NCBI GenBank assembly: GCA_002067315.1 | Contig: MVRA01000187.1 | Coordinates: forward strand, 577 to 64,576 | Reading direction: 5' to 3' | Length of the DNA stretch: 64,000 nt | From: Methanocella sp. PtaU1.Bin125 | Lineage (GTDB): Archaea > Halobacteriota > Methanocellia > Methanocellales > Methanocellaceae | In this document: positions 63,740-64,000 of the stretch, piece by piece | Numbering within the stretch: the stretch's first letter is position 1 | Layout: the number at the start of each line of letters is the position of its first letter | Made by a program: the position numbers and the translations under genes | Notes under the pieces: model-generated | Seen by the model: only the letters and a program-made list of their open reading frames with translations | Told to the model about the DNA's origin: nothing | The model's database searches: none

Positions 63740-64000
63740 ATGTTGAAGATCGGAGTCATCGCCATCCAGGGTAACGTCGAGGAGCACGTCGAGGCCACCC
63801 GGCGCGCGCTGGGCGGCCGCGGCGAAGTGGTGAAGATCAAGCACGCGGGCATCGTGCCGTCCTGCGACGGCATCGTCATCCCCGGGGGCGAGAGCACCAC
63901 GCTGTGCCGGCTCGCCTGGTCCGAGGGCATCGCGCAGGAGATCATCGATCTCGCGAAGGCCGGCCGGCCGATCATGGGCACCTGCGCCGGGCTCATCCTC
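63740..64000 (+). CDS. pdxT: Pyridoxal 5'-phosphate synthase glutaminase subunit PdxT (5' part; runs off the window)
   Basis: ATG 63740. Translation MLKIGVIAIQGNVEEHVEA...DGIVIPGGESTT...IMGTCAGLIL shows the PdxT/SNO signatures, including the catalytic Cys. Absent from the ORF track because no stop codon lies inside the window. Confidence 0.85.
   Translation, partial: MLKIGVIAIQGNVEEHVEATRRALGGRGEVVKIKHAGIVPSCDGIVIPGGESTTLCRLAWSEGIAQEIIDLAKAGRPIMGTCAGLIL

Overview
High-GC archaeal chromosome segment. It is most consistent with a Methanocellales/Methanosarcinales-type methanogen. This is an inference from the cysteate synthase plus fused sulfopyruvate decarboxylase (coenzyme M route), the archease-RtcB pair, intron-containing archaeal tRNAs and a bacterial-type grpE-dnaK-dnaJ operon. 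I can support about 65 coding regions, 3 tRNAs (Ile, Asp, Tyr; two carry introns), one complete IS4/IS5-type insertion sequence, and several intergenic repeat families. Most of the window is ordinary housekeeping or membrane-protein DNA. The long antisense 'shadow' ORFs in the track are artefacts of high GC. The stand-out region is a strongly AT-rich ~3.9 kb island (14.5-18.4 kb). It sits at the 3' end of tRNA-Ile and is bounded by a 14-bp direct repeat. It carries (i) an operon of a spore-photoproduct-lyase-like radical SAM protein plus a TcmP-like (three-Cys-motif partner, methyltransferase-fold-like) protein, and (ii) a divergent pair made of a PH-like/SHOCT protein and a 333-aa protein of unknown function. 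I read this as a horizontally acquired, functionally uncharacterised nucleic-acid modification or defence-type module. An IS element and a further low-GC stretch with iteron-like repeats follow it. Other notable items: a ~490-bp MITE-like element with terminal inverted repeats and two long internal hairpins, present twice; a dense family of CCTTGGCGC/GCGCCAAGG palindromic intergenic repeats; a D-arm (non-canonical position) intron in tRNA-Ile; an in-frame TAG followed by 84 more coding-like codons; and a 1101-aa membrane-tethered RCC1/beta-propeller protein with cytoplasmic winged-helix domains.
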